A DNA stretch of 64,000 bases from Octopus vulgaris (Eukaryota), in NCBI GenBank assembly GCA_951406725.2, contig OX597838.1, positions 24,862,001 to 24,926,000 on the forward strand, written 5' to 3'. Below the pieces are notes generated by a model. That model did not search any database and had not been told where the DNA came from. It saw only the letters and a list, made by a program, of their open reading frames with translations. Positions 1 through 13,344 of the stretch are shown piece after piece. Position 1 is the first letter of the stretch. Each line of letters starts with the position of its first letter. A program made the translations under genes and the position numbers.

Positions 1-357
1 TTAGAACAACTTCACCACAAGGAATATCACTCCTTTTCCCTCTCCCCTTGCATTGCCACCACCACCACCACCACTACCATTACACCTACTACCCCCACCC
101 CCACCAGCATCATCATCACACCACCATCACCACCACTGATACCTACATGACTATGACCTCTCACCACCACCACCAGTAATAGTACCATCCCCCTTAATAG
201 AACTATGAGAATCACTCTGCCAACACCACCAACGCCACCACCACCACCACCACCACCACCACCACCACCACCAGTTTACTTTCACCTATAAGGGAGCTTG
301 TATATGGTTGCTCCTCTTGCTAGAAATAGCATCCAACTCTTCTTGAATTCACACTCT

Positions 358-1070
358 GGCACTCTGTCAGTTATAACGATGAGGGTTCCAGTTGATCCGA
401 TCAACGGAACAGCCTGCTTGTGAAATTAATGTGGGAGTGGTGTAGGAGTGGCTGTGTGGTAAGTAGCTTGCTTACCAACCACATGGTTCCGGGTTCAGCC
501 CGACTGTGTGGCACCTTGGGCAAGTGTCTTCGACTATAGCCTCAGGCCAACCAAAGCCTTGTGAGTGGATTTGGTAGACGGAAACTGAAAGAAGCCCGTC
601 GTATATATGTGTGTGTGTGTGTTTGAGTGTCTGTGCTCATCCCCCACAACATCCCTTGACAGCCGATGCTGGTGTGTTTACATCCCCGTGACCTAGCGGT
701 TTGGTAAGAGAGACCGATAGAGTAAGTACTAGGCTTACAGGGAATAAGTCCTGGGGTCGATTTGTTTGACTAAAGACGGTGCTCCAGCATGGCCACAGTC
801 AAATGACTGAAACAAGTAAAAGAGTAAGAGTAAAAGAGTAAGTGGCTGAGCACTCCACAGACACACGTACCCTCAATATAGTTCCAAGGGAGATTCAGCG
901 TGACAAGGCTGGCCCCTTTGAATTACAGGTACAACTTAATTTTGTCAGCTGAGTGGATTGGAGCAACATGAAATAAAGTGTCTTGCTCAAGGACACAATG
1001 CATCACTGGGAGTTGAACTCACAACCTTACAATTATGAATCAAACACCCTAATCACTAAGCCATGCACCT
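358..1070 (-). mobile_element. tRNA-derived SINE (family C), split by the 441-840 insertion
   Basis: Head GGTGCATGGCTTAGTG...GAGTTCAACTCC and GTGTCCTTGAGCAAGACAC on minus; other copies at about 29185-29506, 38155-38461, 61640-61950. Confidence 0.82.
441..840 (+). mobile_element. Full-length tRNA-derived SINE (family A) nested in a family C SINE
   Basis: A-box-like TGGCTGTGTGG, B-box-like GGTTCAGCCC, internal (TG)n, AAGAGT tail; AGTGG target duplication at 436-440 and 841-845. Confidence 0.88.
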
Positions 1071-1087
1071 TTACTACATAGTCTTTC

Positions 1088-1295
1088 ATTCTTTTACTTG
1101 TTTCATTCATTTGATTGCGGCCATGCTGGAGTACCGACTTAAAGGGTTTTAGTTGAAGGAATCGACCCCAGGACTTATTCTTTTTAAGCCTAGTAGTTAT
1201 TCTATTGGACTCTTTTGCCAAGCCGCTAAGTTACGAGGACGAAGGCATGCCACCATCGGATGTCAAGCAATGGTGGGGGACAAATGCACACACAA

Positions 1296-1330
<35 letters not shown>

Positions 1331-1485
1331 CGACAGGCTTCTTTCAGTTTCCGTCTACCAAATCCACTCACAAGGCTTTGGTTGGCCCATGGCTACAGTA
1401 GAAGACACTTGCCCAAGGTACCACGCAGTGGGATTGAACCCGGAACTATGGGGCCAGTAAACAAGCTACTTACCACACAGCCACG
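1088..1485 (-). mobile_element. SINE family A copy
   Basis: Reverse-complement match to 441-840. Confidence 0.85.
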
Positions 1486-1820
1486 CTTCTTAAAAAAAGA
1501 AGACGGCGCATTAAATAATGTAGTCTTAGGTACACATTATTCCTAAAAAACAAATGCAAACTTAGACAGTAGTGTCACAACAGGAAAGCCTGTTGACATT
1601 TTTCACTCTGCTCCATCAAGGTTTACCTAGGGTTAAACAATAACATCTTCCACACTACCATCATCATTATCATCATCATCATCATCATCGTCAACATCAT
1701 TGTCAGTACCAGTTACTCAGTGACTCTCACCTCTCTTGACCACCATCAACCCCGCCCCTCTCCCCTCACCATCAACTTGTAAGCATTATAACATTATAGT
1801 ATATGTATTATAGTATATGT

Positions 1821-2504
1821 ATGTTAAGAAAACGAAGATCTTGTCAACGGCAGCCACAACAAACATCAGCATCAAGATCGATAATGAAGAGATCGAAGTG
1901 GTTGATGATTTCATCTTCCTTGGCTCCAAAATAAATCGAGATGGTGACTGCACTGCAGAAATAAGACGGCGGATAGTACTAGGCAGAGAGGCAATGGTCA
2001 GCATGAGCAGGGTCTGGAAGAGTAGAGACATCAGACTCGCTACCAAATGCAGATTGGTGAATGCAATTGTCTTCCCAATAGCAACATATGGATGTGAGAC
2101 CTGGACACTAAAGAAAGCTGACCAGGCGAGAATTAATGCATTCGAGCTTTGGTGTTGGAGAAGACTTTTACGTATTCCATGGACAGTGAGGCTCACCAAT
2201 GGAGAAGTTCTTAAGCAGATCAGGCCGAAAATGTCGCTAGAAGCTAGGATCACCAAGCATAGATTGGCATATTTCGGTCATATTATGTGGAGAAAATCCC
2301 TGGAGAAGGACATCATGCTTGGAATGGTCAGTGGCAAGAGAGGAAGAGGCCGACCAAGAACTCGCTGGCTTGACACCATCAAGAGTGATACCGGAATGGA
2401 CCTAGCCAGTCTGAAAGAAGTGGCCCAGGATAGAACTGACTGGAGGACACTGATCCAACGAGTAACCGAGAGTCGACTTCGACTGAGCAGATAGATAGAT
2501 AGAT
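1821..2504 (+). mobile_element. RTE-clade (BovB-like) LINE 3' fragment with (GATA)n tail
   Basis: ORF 1817..2494: FIFLGSKI, YGCETWT, FELWCWRRLLRIPW, YFGHIM, RGRGRPRTRW, typical of RTE ORF C-termini. Confidence 0.92.
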
Positions 2505-3108
2505 ATGTTATAACATATATGTATATATGTGTATGTTACATATATATATATATGTATATATATAGGTTATATGTATGTTATATGGATGTGTGAAAGACCC
2601 CCAACGGTGGATCAAGTAGAGGAAGCTAGATCTCTGAATTCAACGATTGATCCAAGCAGAAGAGGGCAATGCCAGACAGACTGGCCAGAAAGATGCAACT
2701 CTAATGACATTGGAGCTAGCTGCATTCCCTTGCAACCCATCTTCTGGGCCTTGTATGTCACTCCAGGTAGTGCTGTGGCAGAATTTGGGACCATAGTGTG
2801 TGGGGATCCCCTTGGCTAGAAGATCTCCATGCTAAACAAACTCATGCCATTGGCTGGTTTCTTTTTGATACAACTCTCTCCCTCCTCTTTTTTTTTTTGT
2901 TTTATCAAACGGTGATGGGGTAAGGATGGTGGGAGCAGGTTTTGGTGAAACTAGAAGCTCCTAGTCTGGACCTGCACGTTGGTAGCAGATGCAAGATGGT
3001 CACCTTTCTGGGACATGGTGACAACCCAGGGACTTGGTCCTGCATCTGTGACTGAGCAGGCCAATTTGGGAACACCACTGCTCACCCTGAATGGGGAAGG
3101 CCCAAGTA

Positions 3109-3142
<34 letters not shown>

Positions 3143-3714
3143 TTGTATGTACATGTTCATTGTGTGTATTGTGTTTGTCTCCCACAATCGTTTGACAACT
3201 GGTGCTGGTGTGTCTACATCCCTCTAACTTAGCAGTTTGGCAAAAAAGAGTGATAGAATAGGTACCAGGCTTTAAAAAAATTATAAGTACCGGGGTTGAT
3301 TCGTTAGACTAAAATTCTTCAAGGCGGTGCCCCAGCATGGCCACAGTCTAATGACTGAAATAAAAAGAGATAAAAGATCCAGAGGACATACCATTGTTTA
3401 AAATTTTTCCACAAGGCCAGCAATTTTGGGGGTGGGGGCTCGGTCAGTTACATCGACCCCAGTACACAACTGGTACTGATTTTTATTGATCGTGAAAGGA
3501 AAGGATGAAAAGCAAAGACTACCTCAGCAAAATTTGAACCGAGAGAGTAAAGATGAATGAAATGCCGCCAATCAAAAAAGTTTAACCATTTTTAAAGGAG
3601 AGGATACATTAATGTAGGTGTCTCATGCAGCCTTAAAATAGAAGACAGGATGGTCATGGATGGACTACCTTTGAACATAGCTCTGTGTATCAAGGCTGAC
3701 ATGGAGGTAAGTAA

Positions 3715-4180
3715 CAACACCACCACATCACAACCACCATCACCACCACCACCACCACTACCACCACCACCACTACCACCACCACTACCACCTCCAACAC
3801 TGCTATATCTGAATCACCGCCACCACTACATTCCAACCACCATGAATGTTACCAGCACCACCAATACTAACTACCACCACTAAATCGCAATCACCACCAT
3901 CACTACTACCACCACAACCACCACCAACACCATTATATCTCAACCACCACCATCACTACTACCACCTCATCACAACCACCATCAATACCATGACCATCAC
4001 CACCGCTACTACTACCACTACCACCACCACCACCACAACACATCAACCACCATCACTACCACCACCACCACCACCACCACCACCATCATCATTGCCTTCT
4101 CTACTACTACTACTGCTGTCACCCCACAACCTCCACCTCCACCACAAACATACCACTATCAACAACAACAACAACAACCA
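3715..4180. repeat. (ACC/ACT)n low-complexity tract
   Basis: Degenerate CAC trinucleotide repeats; similar tract at 55-272. Confidence 0.9.
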
Positions 4181-5071
4181 TATACAAGACACAGTTCTGT
4201 AAATTTCTGCATCAGGTTATCACCAGAATACCTCATTGCTTTCTTATCTTTGGCTTAGCATATACACACACACACACACACACACCTACACCCTCCCCAC
4301 TTCATCTGCACCTGCTATGGACCCCTCCGCTCCCCCTCCCTTCTGTTCACCGTTATCTTGCCTCTGACTCACCTCCTCTGCTCAACCCCTGCTCCCACCC
4401 CATTACCCGAATCTGGTGGCTGGAATAATACTCTGGCAGGATTGCAAAGATGAAGTAACAACATGAGGTGGAATGGACTTCTACTTCATGAGGTAACTAA
4501 ACACACACACACACACAGATACATGTTTATGTATACATAGGCGTGCGTGTACATGTATTGTATGTGTGTGTCTAGAAGTAGACATAGGTGTGCACCTTAC
4601 TTCCCAATGACATGGTCTCAAGTTCATTCCCCACCCGCTGCAGCACCTTTGGGCAAGTTAGCCTTCAGCCCTGAACAACATATTTATTTGAGTAGAATTA
4701 AGTAGATGGAAACTGGGAGAATCCTATATCACACACACACACACACACACATATGTGCATACATACACACATATACATACATGTGTGTGTGTGAGTGTAT
4801 GTAAATATATATATATATATGAGCAGGGCTCATTAGCCACCAACGGAGCCGCAAATGCAAAATATAAGTTAGTCCTAGAGCGCACAATGTTCCTGAAGGT
4901 CGGCAATGGTCTTCCTCGATCACAAGTGGACGGTCATCATCATATATATATATATACACACACACACACATATACACATATATGCATGTGTGTATGTGTG
5001 TGTGTATATGTATTTAGAAGCAAAAGTGGGGATAAGTATAACAGACAGATCAAGTATATTAGGGCAACAAG

Positions 5072-5282
5072 CTGGCAGAAACGTTAGCACACGGGGTGAT
5101 ATGCTTAGTGGTATTTCGTCTGTCTTTACGTTCTGAGTTTAAATTCCACCTAGGTCGACTTTGCTTTTCATCCTTTTGTGGTCGATAAATTAAGGACCAG
5201 CTGCATACTTGAGTTGATCTAATTGACTGCCCCCTCCCCCACTCTCCAAAAATTTTGGGACTTGTGCCTAGAGCAGAAAAGG
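5072..5282 (+). mobile_element. SINE family B (Deu/Nin-like central domain)
   Basis: GCTGGCAGAAACGTTAGCAC head and TTTCATCCTTT..GGTCGATAAAT..GTACC core; further copies near 17477-17910, 22778-22992, 35690-36095, 46260-46480, 52045-52237, 52920-53170, 57655-57862, 58030-58205, 63545-63762. Confidence 0.8.
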
Positions 5283-5865
5283 ATATATGAAGTATAGTAA
5301 ATACACAAAATACAAAAATGTCTATATATATATATATATATAAAGGTTCAACGTACACAGAGTACAAACACTAGTGTAGCTAGAGTGTGTGCTGCCCAGG
5401 GTGGCCCTTCTGTTTGCCACCCCTGGACCCCACAAAAAACACATATTGCCTACAGCAGACCCAAAAGTGGTGTGCCTTTAAAAGTGCACCACCCCTAGCT
5501 ATGCTAGTGAGTGCAAAGGATATAGAAAATAAAGGGGTGGAAAAGAACTGAACCATATACACCTAACCCCCTCCACTTCACCTTGAAGGACCACAAACCC
5601 AACTTCTTCACGAAGCCTTCTTCTTTCTTCCACCCCTTTAATTTTCTATATCGTTTGTACTCTATGCAAGTCGGACCCTTTTTATATGTCTGCATATACA
5701 CATATTTTGTGTCTCATGTATTTAATATACTTTACATATCGATCTGTCTAATTTGTTTATCCTCACATTTAGATCTGTAGCTGCTCAAGTTAAAATCTCT
5801 TGAGCACTCACTACTAAGTGTATTCTATACTGAGAACATTTTGCTCTCATCTATGAACTATATAT

Positions 5866-6063
5866 GTGACCGCGTGTGTATCATTGGTGATTTTTTTCCT
5901 CCGTCTTCCCTGCCTTGGACCTTTCTTTTTCTATGTTTCTGACGAAGAGCTCCGCACAAAACGTTAAATCCTCCTTCTTTCTTTCCTTTCCTGAGCATCC
6001 AATAACACTATACTTGTTCCAACAACACGTGCTTTCTCTTTGTGTTTCCATGTTTGGATTAAC
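5866..6063 (+). mobile_element. Second copy of the 47962-48160 element, hammerhead degraded
   Basis: Colinear with 47962-48160; CTGACGAAGAGCTCCGC retained but GAAA changed to AAAA. Confidence 0.65.
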
Positions 6064-6769
6064 ACACACACACACATCTGCTGGTTTTCTTTCAGTTTCC
6101 ATCTGCCAGATCCATTGACAAGGCTTTGGCTGGCCCAAGGTTATACTAGAAGAGACTAGTATATGATGATGATATATATATATATAGGCACAGGCATGAC
6201 TGTGTGGTAAAAAGCTAACTTCCCAACCATATAGTTCCGGGTTCAGTCCCATTGTGTAGCACCTTGGGCATGTGCATTCTACTGAAAGAAGTCCAAGGTG
6301 CTACACAGTGGGACTGAACTCAGAACCATGCCTTTGGGAAGCAAGCTTCTTGCCATACAGCCATGCCTACACCTGTATATAAACATGCATACATATGTAT
6401 ACACACACACATACACACACAAACACACATCTGATAGGCTTCTTTCAGTTTCCATCAACCAAATCCAATCACCATGCTTTGGTTGGCCCGAGACTATAGT
6501 AGAAGACACTTGCCCAAGGTGCCATGCAGTGAGACTGAACCCAGAACCATGCCATTGGGAAGCAAGTTTCTTACCACACAGCCATGCCTGCACCTATATA
6601 TACACATACATACATACATACATACATAAATGCGCATACGATCACTGTTAGTAATCTTCACTAGACAGCTTCCATTCCCATAAGAAATGGTTTACTTCTC
6701 AACCATTCCACACCCAAGAACATTCAGTCTGCTCGCCAAACTCCATATCTTGTGAGAAATCACAGCAAA

Positions 6770-7697
6770 ATTCTTCAGCTATGCCAGTCGTTTTCACAGA
6801 AAATTTTTTTTAGAAAAAAAAGAATTGTTTTTTTTTAAATTTCATAACTTTAAAGCAAATGCATGTTTGCTTTAACTTCTTAAATATTTGGCACCCATCC
6901 CCAATTTCTTTAGACAGCAGCTTTTACCATTTTTACTGTCTGTAATTCCATGAAAGTGTTCCCTTTTTTTTATACTTCCAGACCGTTGTTTAGCATCTGG
7001 GATCAGCTTTAATCTAACAGACTTATGATGAAAAATGTTTGCTTGTTTGCAGACATAATAGGTGCAGGAATGGCTGTGTACACAGAAGCTTGCTTTCTAA
7101 CCACACGGTTCTTGGTTCAGTCCCACTGTGTAGCACCTTGGGAAAGACTCTTATGCTATAGCCTCAGGTCGACCAAAGCCTTGTGAGTGGACTTGGTAAA
7201 TGGAAACTGAAAGAAGCCTATTGTATATATATGTATATATATTTGTGTTTGTGTTTATCTTTGTGTTTCTCAGCAATTCCAGTTTTTTCCACAGGAAAAA
7301 AATTTGCAAAAAAGAATTTAAGAAAAAATTTCGTAATTTATAAAACAAATGAAGGTTCATTTGAACTTCTTAAATATTTGGCACCCATCCCTAATTTCTT
7401 TAGACAGCAGCTTTTACCATTTTTACTGCCTGTAATTCTATAAAAGTGTTCCCATTTTGTTTTGACACTTCCAAACTCTTGCTTAGCTTCTGGGGTCAGT
7501 TTTAATCTAATAGGCTTTTGTTTTGCAGACATAGTAGGTGCAGAGATGGCTGTGTACCAAGAAGCTTGCTCCCTAACCATATGGTTCTTGGTTCAGTCCC
7601 ACTGCATGGTACCTTGGGAAAGACTCTTATACTATAGCCTCAGGTCAACCAAAGACGTGTGAGTGGGCTTGGTAAATGGAAACTGAAAGAAGCCCAT

Positions 7698-7730
<33 letters not shown>

Positions 7731-8255
7731 GTATATATATTTGTGTGCGTGTGTCTTTGTGTTTCTCAGCTATTCCAGTCATTTCCACATTTAGAGAGCA
7801 GCTTTTACCATTTTTACTGTCTGTAATTCCATGAAAGTGTTCCCATGTTTTTTTTGACACTTCCAAACTGTTGCTTAGCTTCTGGGATCAGCTTTAATCT
7901 AATAGGCTTCTGATGAAAAATATTTGCTTGTTCTGCAGACATAGTAGGTGCAGAGATGGCTGTGTACCAAGAAGCTTGCTTCCTAACCATATGGTTCTTG
8001 GTTCAGTCCCACTGCGTGGCACCTTGGGAAAGACTCTTATACTATAACTTCAGGTCAACCTAAGACTTGTGAGTGGACTTGGTAAATGGAAACTGAAAGA
8101 AGCCCATTGCTTTCTATTTTGTTTGTTTCGCAGACATAGCAGGTGCAGGCGTGGCTGTATGGGAAGAAGCTTGCTTGCCAGCCACATTGTTCTGGATTCA
8201 GTCCCACTGTGTGGTACCTTGGGCAAGTCTCTTCTACTATAGCTTCAGGATTTGG
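6770..8255. repeat. Local tandem amplification (~3 units) of a unique segment plus a family A SINE head
   Basis: GCAGCTTTTACCATTTTTACTG...TTTAATCTAA...GCAGACATA-SINE recurs near 6916, 7406 and 7798. Confidence 0.85.
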
Positions 8256-8351
8256 TAACAAGTAAAAGACCAAGTAAAAGTGAATATATATATATATATA
8301 TCTATATATACATATATATATACACACACACACACATATATATATATATAT

Positions 8352-8661
8352 CACCATGATCACCGTGACCGACCAGGCTATCAGATGTTGCTACACATCG
8401 CTGGTCACAATGCGCTTCACATTGTTTTAGCCTTCAAATGACGCCATCCCGCTGGCTAAGCGAGCAGGCCAACAGACGAAAGAATGAGAGAAAGTTGCGG
8501 CGAAAAAGTACAGCAGGGATCGCCACCACTCCCTGCAGGAGCCTTGTGGAGCTTTAGGTGGTTTCGCTCAATAAACACTCACAACACCCGGCCTGGGAAT
8601 CGAAACCGCGATCCTACGATTGCGAGTCCACTTATCTAACCACTGGGCCATTGCACCTCCA
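8352..8661 (-). mobile_element. tRNA-derived SINE family E
   Basis: Minus head GTGGAGGTGCAATGGCCCAGTGGTTAG...GGTTTCGATTCCC; related copies at about 21822-22068 and 30430-30690. Confidence 0.78.
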
Positions 8662-8686
8662 CACACACACACATATATATATATAT

Positions 8687-8732
<46 letters not shown>

Positions 8733-8779
8733 ATTTCACTTAGGCATAGCAATACTAATAACCAGTTATTAGAACTCAA

Positions 8780-9044
8780 TATATGAATATAAATATATAT
8801 ATACATATATTTATATAAATATATATATTTATAAATATAAATATATATATATAAAATATAAAATATATATATATAAATATATATATTTATAAATATAAAT
8901 ATATATATATATAAATATATATATTAAATATAAATATAAATATATATATATAAATATATATATATATAAATATAAATATATATAAATATATATATTTATA
9001 AATATAAATATATATAAATATAATATATATATATATATATATAT
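8780..9044. repeat. Almost pure A/T low-complexity tract
   Basis: TA and TAAA runs. Confidence 0.9.
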
Positions 9045-9636
9045 GCTTCTGAAGAAAATATTAATTATTGTAGTGTTAGTGACCCTGTTTGAATGTAACA
9101 AACTGGTGTGGTCAGGAACTAGAACTGCTTCTCATCATACATTTGCCGCATAGCTGCTGACCTGGTCCCTGATTATACATACCACAGCAACTTCTATAAA
9201 CCTCAGAGAGAAGATATCTGGTGCATATCTCCACAGATATGTAATGAAGAACTTGTTCTACCTCTTTATCTAATACACCCATATAACATACATAACTTTG
9301 CTGGTGTTCCTAGTATTTAGGTTAACAACAAAGCCAAGTTTGTAACTCTGCCTTTGTGGGGGTCCTTCTGTACTTCTGCACGCTTGGTTATCCTTTTTCG
9401 TCTTTTTTCCCTCCTTTCTTTATGCTTTTTTTAGTGGTATTTATTCTTTATGTTATTGCTTTATTTTATTTTTTTGTTTGTTTTGCTACCATATGTGAAG
9501 TATTTGTGTGTGTGTGTGTGTGTGATTATTTATTCATGCATATGTATTTACATGTGTATGCATGTATATGTACTTATAGATATATGTGTACATTCATATT
9601 TAAATATGCATTCAGTACATACATGTATTTATATGT

Positions 9637-9692
<56 letters not shown>

Positions 9693-10155
9693 TTTTATTT
9701 GTTTCAGTCATTTGACTGCAGCTGTGCTGCAGCACTGACTTCAGTCGAACAAATCAACCCCAGGACTTATTCTTTGTAAGCCTAGTACTTATTCTATCGG
9801 TCTCTTTTGCTAAACTTTTAAGTTATGGGGATATAAACACACCAACTTTGATTGTAAAGCAATGATGGGTGACAACTATAGACACACAAATATATACATG
9901 CATACTTATATATATATACATATTTGGCATTGAAATAATTTTCTTTAGCCCTTATATATAAGTTGTTTATAATTTTAACCGTAAAGGTATTTTAATATGC
10001 TGCCACATTTTTTGATGGAATTTTTTTTCTGTAAAAAAAAACTTCATCCTATATTAGTAGTAGTAGTATATATATATATGATGGACTTCTTTCAGCTGAG
10101 GCTGTAGTAGAATGCACATGCCCAAGGTGCTACACAATGGGACTGAACCCGGAAC

Positions 10156-10160
<5 letters not shown>

Positions 10161-10202
<42 letters not shown>

Positions 10203-12603
10203 TGTGTACAGTGCTCAGGTGCACTACAACTCATCTAAAGTGTATATATAATCAGGTGTAGTTTCGGCGGATTTCGGAAAGCATGAGGGCCTTAAAGGAT
10301 GCAGTGTCATGGCAGTCAACAACTGACGCAGGCAGTTTATTCCATGCTTCAGCAACTCTGAGCGTGAAAAAATGTTTCCGAAAGTCATGGGAGCTGTGTT
10401 GTTTTCTGACTTTGTAGGCATGTCCACGTGTGTTAGACACATGGAGATCAAAAAGGTATTCAGTGTTGTTGTTGGTGAGGTGGTTGATAACCTTGTGGGT
10501 GTTTACCAAGTCCGTCGCCAGACGCCGGAGCTTCAGTGAATCCATGCCCAGGGAAACAAGGCGCTCAGAATATGGTAGGTGTCTGATGGAGGGTATGCGT
10601 TTGGTTGCACGTCTCTGGACAGATTCCAGGAGGTCAATGTTCTGAGCAAGATAGGGATTCCAAACTGATGATGCGAATTCCAAGTGTGGTCGTACCATAG
10701 CTCTATACAGTTTTAAATAGATGGCTGGAGAGCGGCTAACAAAAGTCTTGCTGAGTGATGCCAAGACACCCTCGGCTTCTTGACAATTTTAGAGATATGC
10801 TTTGTCCAACGCAAATCACTGCTGACAGTGATGCCTAGGTCACGCTCGCAAGAGGATTTCTTGAAATCAGTGTTGTGGAGGGAGTATGTGGACGCAGGGT
10901 TTTTTCTCCCAAAATGCATGGTGGTACACTTGTCCACAGCCAGTTTCAGTTGCCAGTATGTGATCCATTGCTGCATTGTGTCTAGGTCTGATTGCAGGAA
11001 AGAGTTGTAGACATCAGGATCAGTCCTCTTGATTTCAAGGTACAGCTTGATGTCGTCTGCATATTTCAATACTGTGGCATTATTTAAATTGGCATCTATG
11101 TCATTAATGTATGCCACAAACAGGAGGGGACCAAGGACAGATCCCTGTGGTACACCCGATGACATCTCATATGGTGTAGAGTGCTGTCCTAGAACTGTGA
11201 CTACCTCCTTTCGGCTGAGGATGAAGGATTTCAACCAGTTAAAAAGGTCATCCCCCACACCCATTGCAGAGAGTTTCACCATAAGCCTTTTGTGTGGCAC
11301 AGAGTTGAAAGCCTTAGCAAAGTCAAGGTAGACAACATCCACCCATGAGCCACTGTCAGTGATCTGAGTAATGTCCTCAAGGAACTCGACAAGCTGGTCA
11401 CTGCAGCTGGAGTTAGGGACAAATCCATATTGTGAGGGTCGGATGAGACTGTGAGAGCTCCAGAGGTTCCAGAGTGTTTCTCTGACACACGATTCCATCA
11501 GTTTTGCAATACAGCTAGTGAGACTGACTGGGCGATAGTTGACAGGTGATGTGCGGTCACCCTTTTTGAACAGAGGAATGACACTGGCAGTTTTCCACTG
11601 CTCCGGAGTAGCACCATTGTTGAGACAGTACTGGAAGAAAATAGAAAGCTGGTGTAAAAGGAAGTGCCTGCCACGTTTGAGAAGCAGGTATGTAACTCCA
11701 TCGAGACCAGGGGAGGCATAGTTGCGCTTGTTTTGAAGGTGACGTCGCAGCATTGCAGGTGTAAATTCCATAGTTGTTATGGAGTTTGCTGTTAGTGATG
11801 GTGAAGATGGTACATTTTGACTTTCAACAGTGAATATGTTTGCATAGCACTCGGCAATGAGTTCTGCGCATTCCTTGGGGTCGTCAGTGATCTGGTTTGT
11901 GTGAGGGTTGCGAAGAGGGCCCACTGGAGAGTGAGGTCTCTGCTTTGAATGCACATATTTCCAGAAAACCTTGCTGTCAGGATTGGCTGCTATGCACTGT
12001 TCAAATTCAAGCACTGCATTTTTTGTCACTTGCTTGAGATGGTTGGAGGATTTATTCCGCTTCCTCCTGTTGGTGTCTGATTTATGCAACTTGTATTCCT
12101 GTTCAGCAGTCCGACGTTCCTTTCTGACAAGTCGGACCGCTGAAGTTTCCCAAATTGCCCTTTTGGGGCGGTTCTTCTTTTTTTGTTTACGTGGCACTGA
12201 TGCTGCACATGCTACCCATATTGAGTCCAGGATACTCTGGAGTATAGTATTCACATCTCCAGAGTTGTAGAATTCACGCCAGTTTGGGTGCTGTAGTTCA
12301 GTGTGGTACAGGTTCCAATCTGCTCTCTTCCAATCGAAGGAAGCAGATTGGAGATGGTTCAGGTGTTTGTTGCCCGCAAGAGCCAGATTGGCGATGATCA
12401 TAGCATGATCAGAGTCACCTAGAGGTTCCTCCGTAGTGCAATTGATAACCGCTTCAGGAGTTGTGGTGAAGAGCAGGTCCAAGGTGTTGTCGCCTCTTGT
12501 TGGAGAGGTGACTACTTGTGACCAGTTTGAGTCCAGCACAAGCTCAACAAAATCGTTTGCACTCTGTGGCCAATGGAAGGTTTCCCAATCGATCTCAGGA
12601 TGA
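10161..12603 (-). mobile_element. CR1-clade LINE, 5'-truncated: endonuclease C-terminus, reverse transcriptase, C-terminal domain, (TTA)n tail
   Basis: ORF 10713..12539 has TRGDNTLDL, GDSDH, PLFKKGD, NYRPVSLTS, DFAKAF, GVPQGSVLGP, YADD. After one frameshift it continues in ORF 10252..10764 (VRPHLEF, VQRRATK, TRGH, FFTLRV..WNKLP). Tail at 10161-10202; interrupts a SINE. Confidence 0.93.
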
Positions 12604-12661
12604 TTGGGAAGTTAGCTTTTTACCACACAGTCACGCCTGTGCTTATATATATATATATCAA

Positions 12662-13246
12662 CATCATCATCATCGTTTAACGTCTGTTTTCCATGGGTTG
12701 GACGGTTTGACTGAGGACTGGCGAACCACATGACTGCACCAGGCTCAAATTTGATCTGGCAGAGTTTCTGCAGCTGGATGCCCTTCCTAATGCCAACCAC
12801 TCCGAGAGTGTAGTGGGTGCTTTTACATGCCACCGGCACGGGGGCCAGTCAGGTGGTACTGACGACGACCTCACTTGAATTTTTTACACATGCCAATGGC
12901 ACAGCTGCCAGTAAGGCGATGCTGGTAACGATCCTGCTCGAATGATGCCTCCTACATGCCACCGGCACGGAAGCCAGTTAGCCGCTCTGGCAACGATCAC
13001 ACTCGGATGGTGCTCTTAGCACCCTACTAGCACGGGGCACAAGTGCCAGTAAGGCGAAGCTGGCAATGATCACACTCGAATGGTTCCTTTTATGTGCCAC
13101 TGGCAAGGAAGCCGGTTAGCCGCTCTGTCAACGATCACGCTTGTATGGTGCTTGTGCCCGTCATCGAATTTCACTTTGATTTTGATTTTGATTTCACTTG
13201 CCTCAACAGGTCTTCGCAAGCAGAGTTTAGTGTCCAAAGAAGGAAA
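12662..13246 (-). mobile_element. Non-autonomous repeat sharing the RTE 3' end, with internal ~60-bp subrepeats
   Basis: CATCATCGTTTAACGTC...GCTGGATGCCCTTCCTAA segment plus repeated TGCCACCGGCACG...AACGATCACACTCG units. Confidence 0.65.
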
Positions 13247-13281
13247 AGATATATTTATATATATATGTATGTATGTGCGTG

Positions 13282-13341
<60 letters not shown>

Positions 13342-13344
<3 letters not shown>

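Noticed and set aside
441-520. tRNA gene-like A and B boxes
   Set aside because: Heads of multi-copy SINEs; no cloverleaf or CCA-arm pairing recognised.
3650-4202. Pro/Thr/His-rich ORFs resembling extensin or mucin
   Set aside because: CAC trinucleotide tract with no domain or splice support.
12820-13150. Regularly spaced ~60-bp repeats suggesting a CRISPR-like array
   Set aside because: Units are degenerate tandem copies without unique spacers, inside a eukaryotic retroelement; no cas genes.
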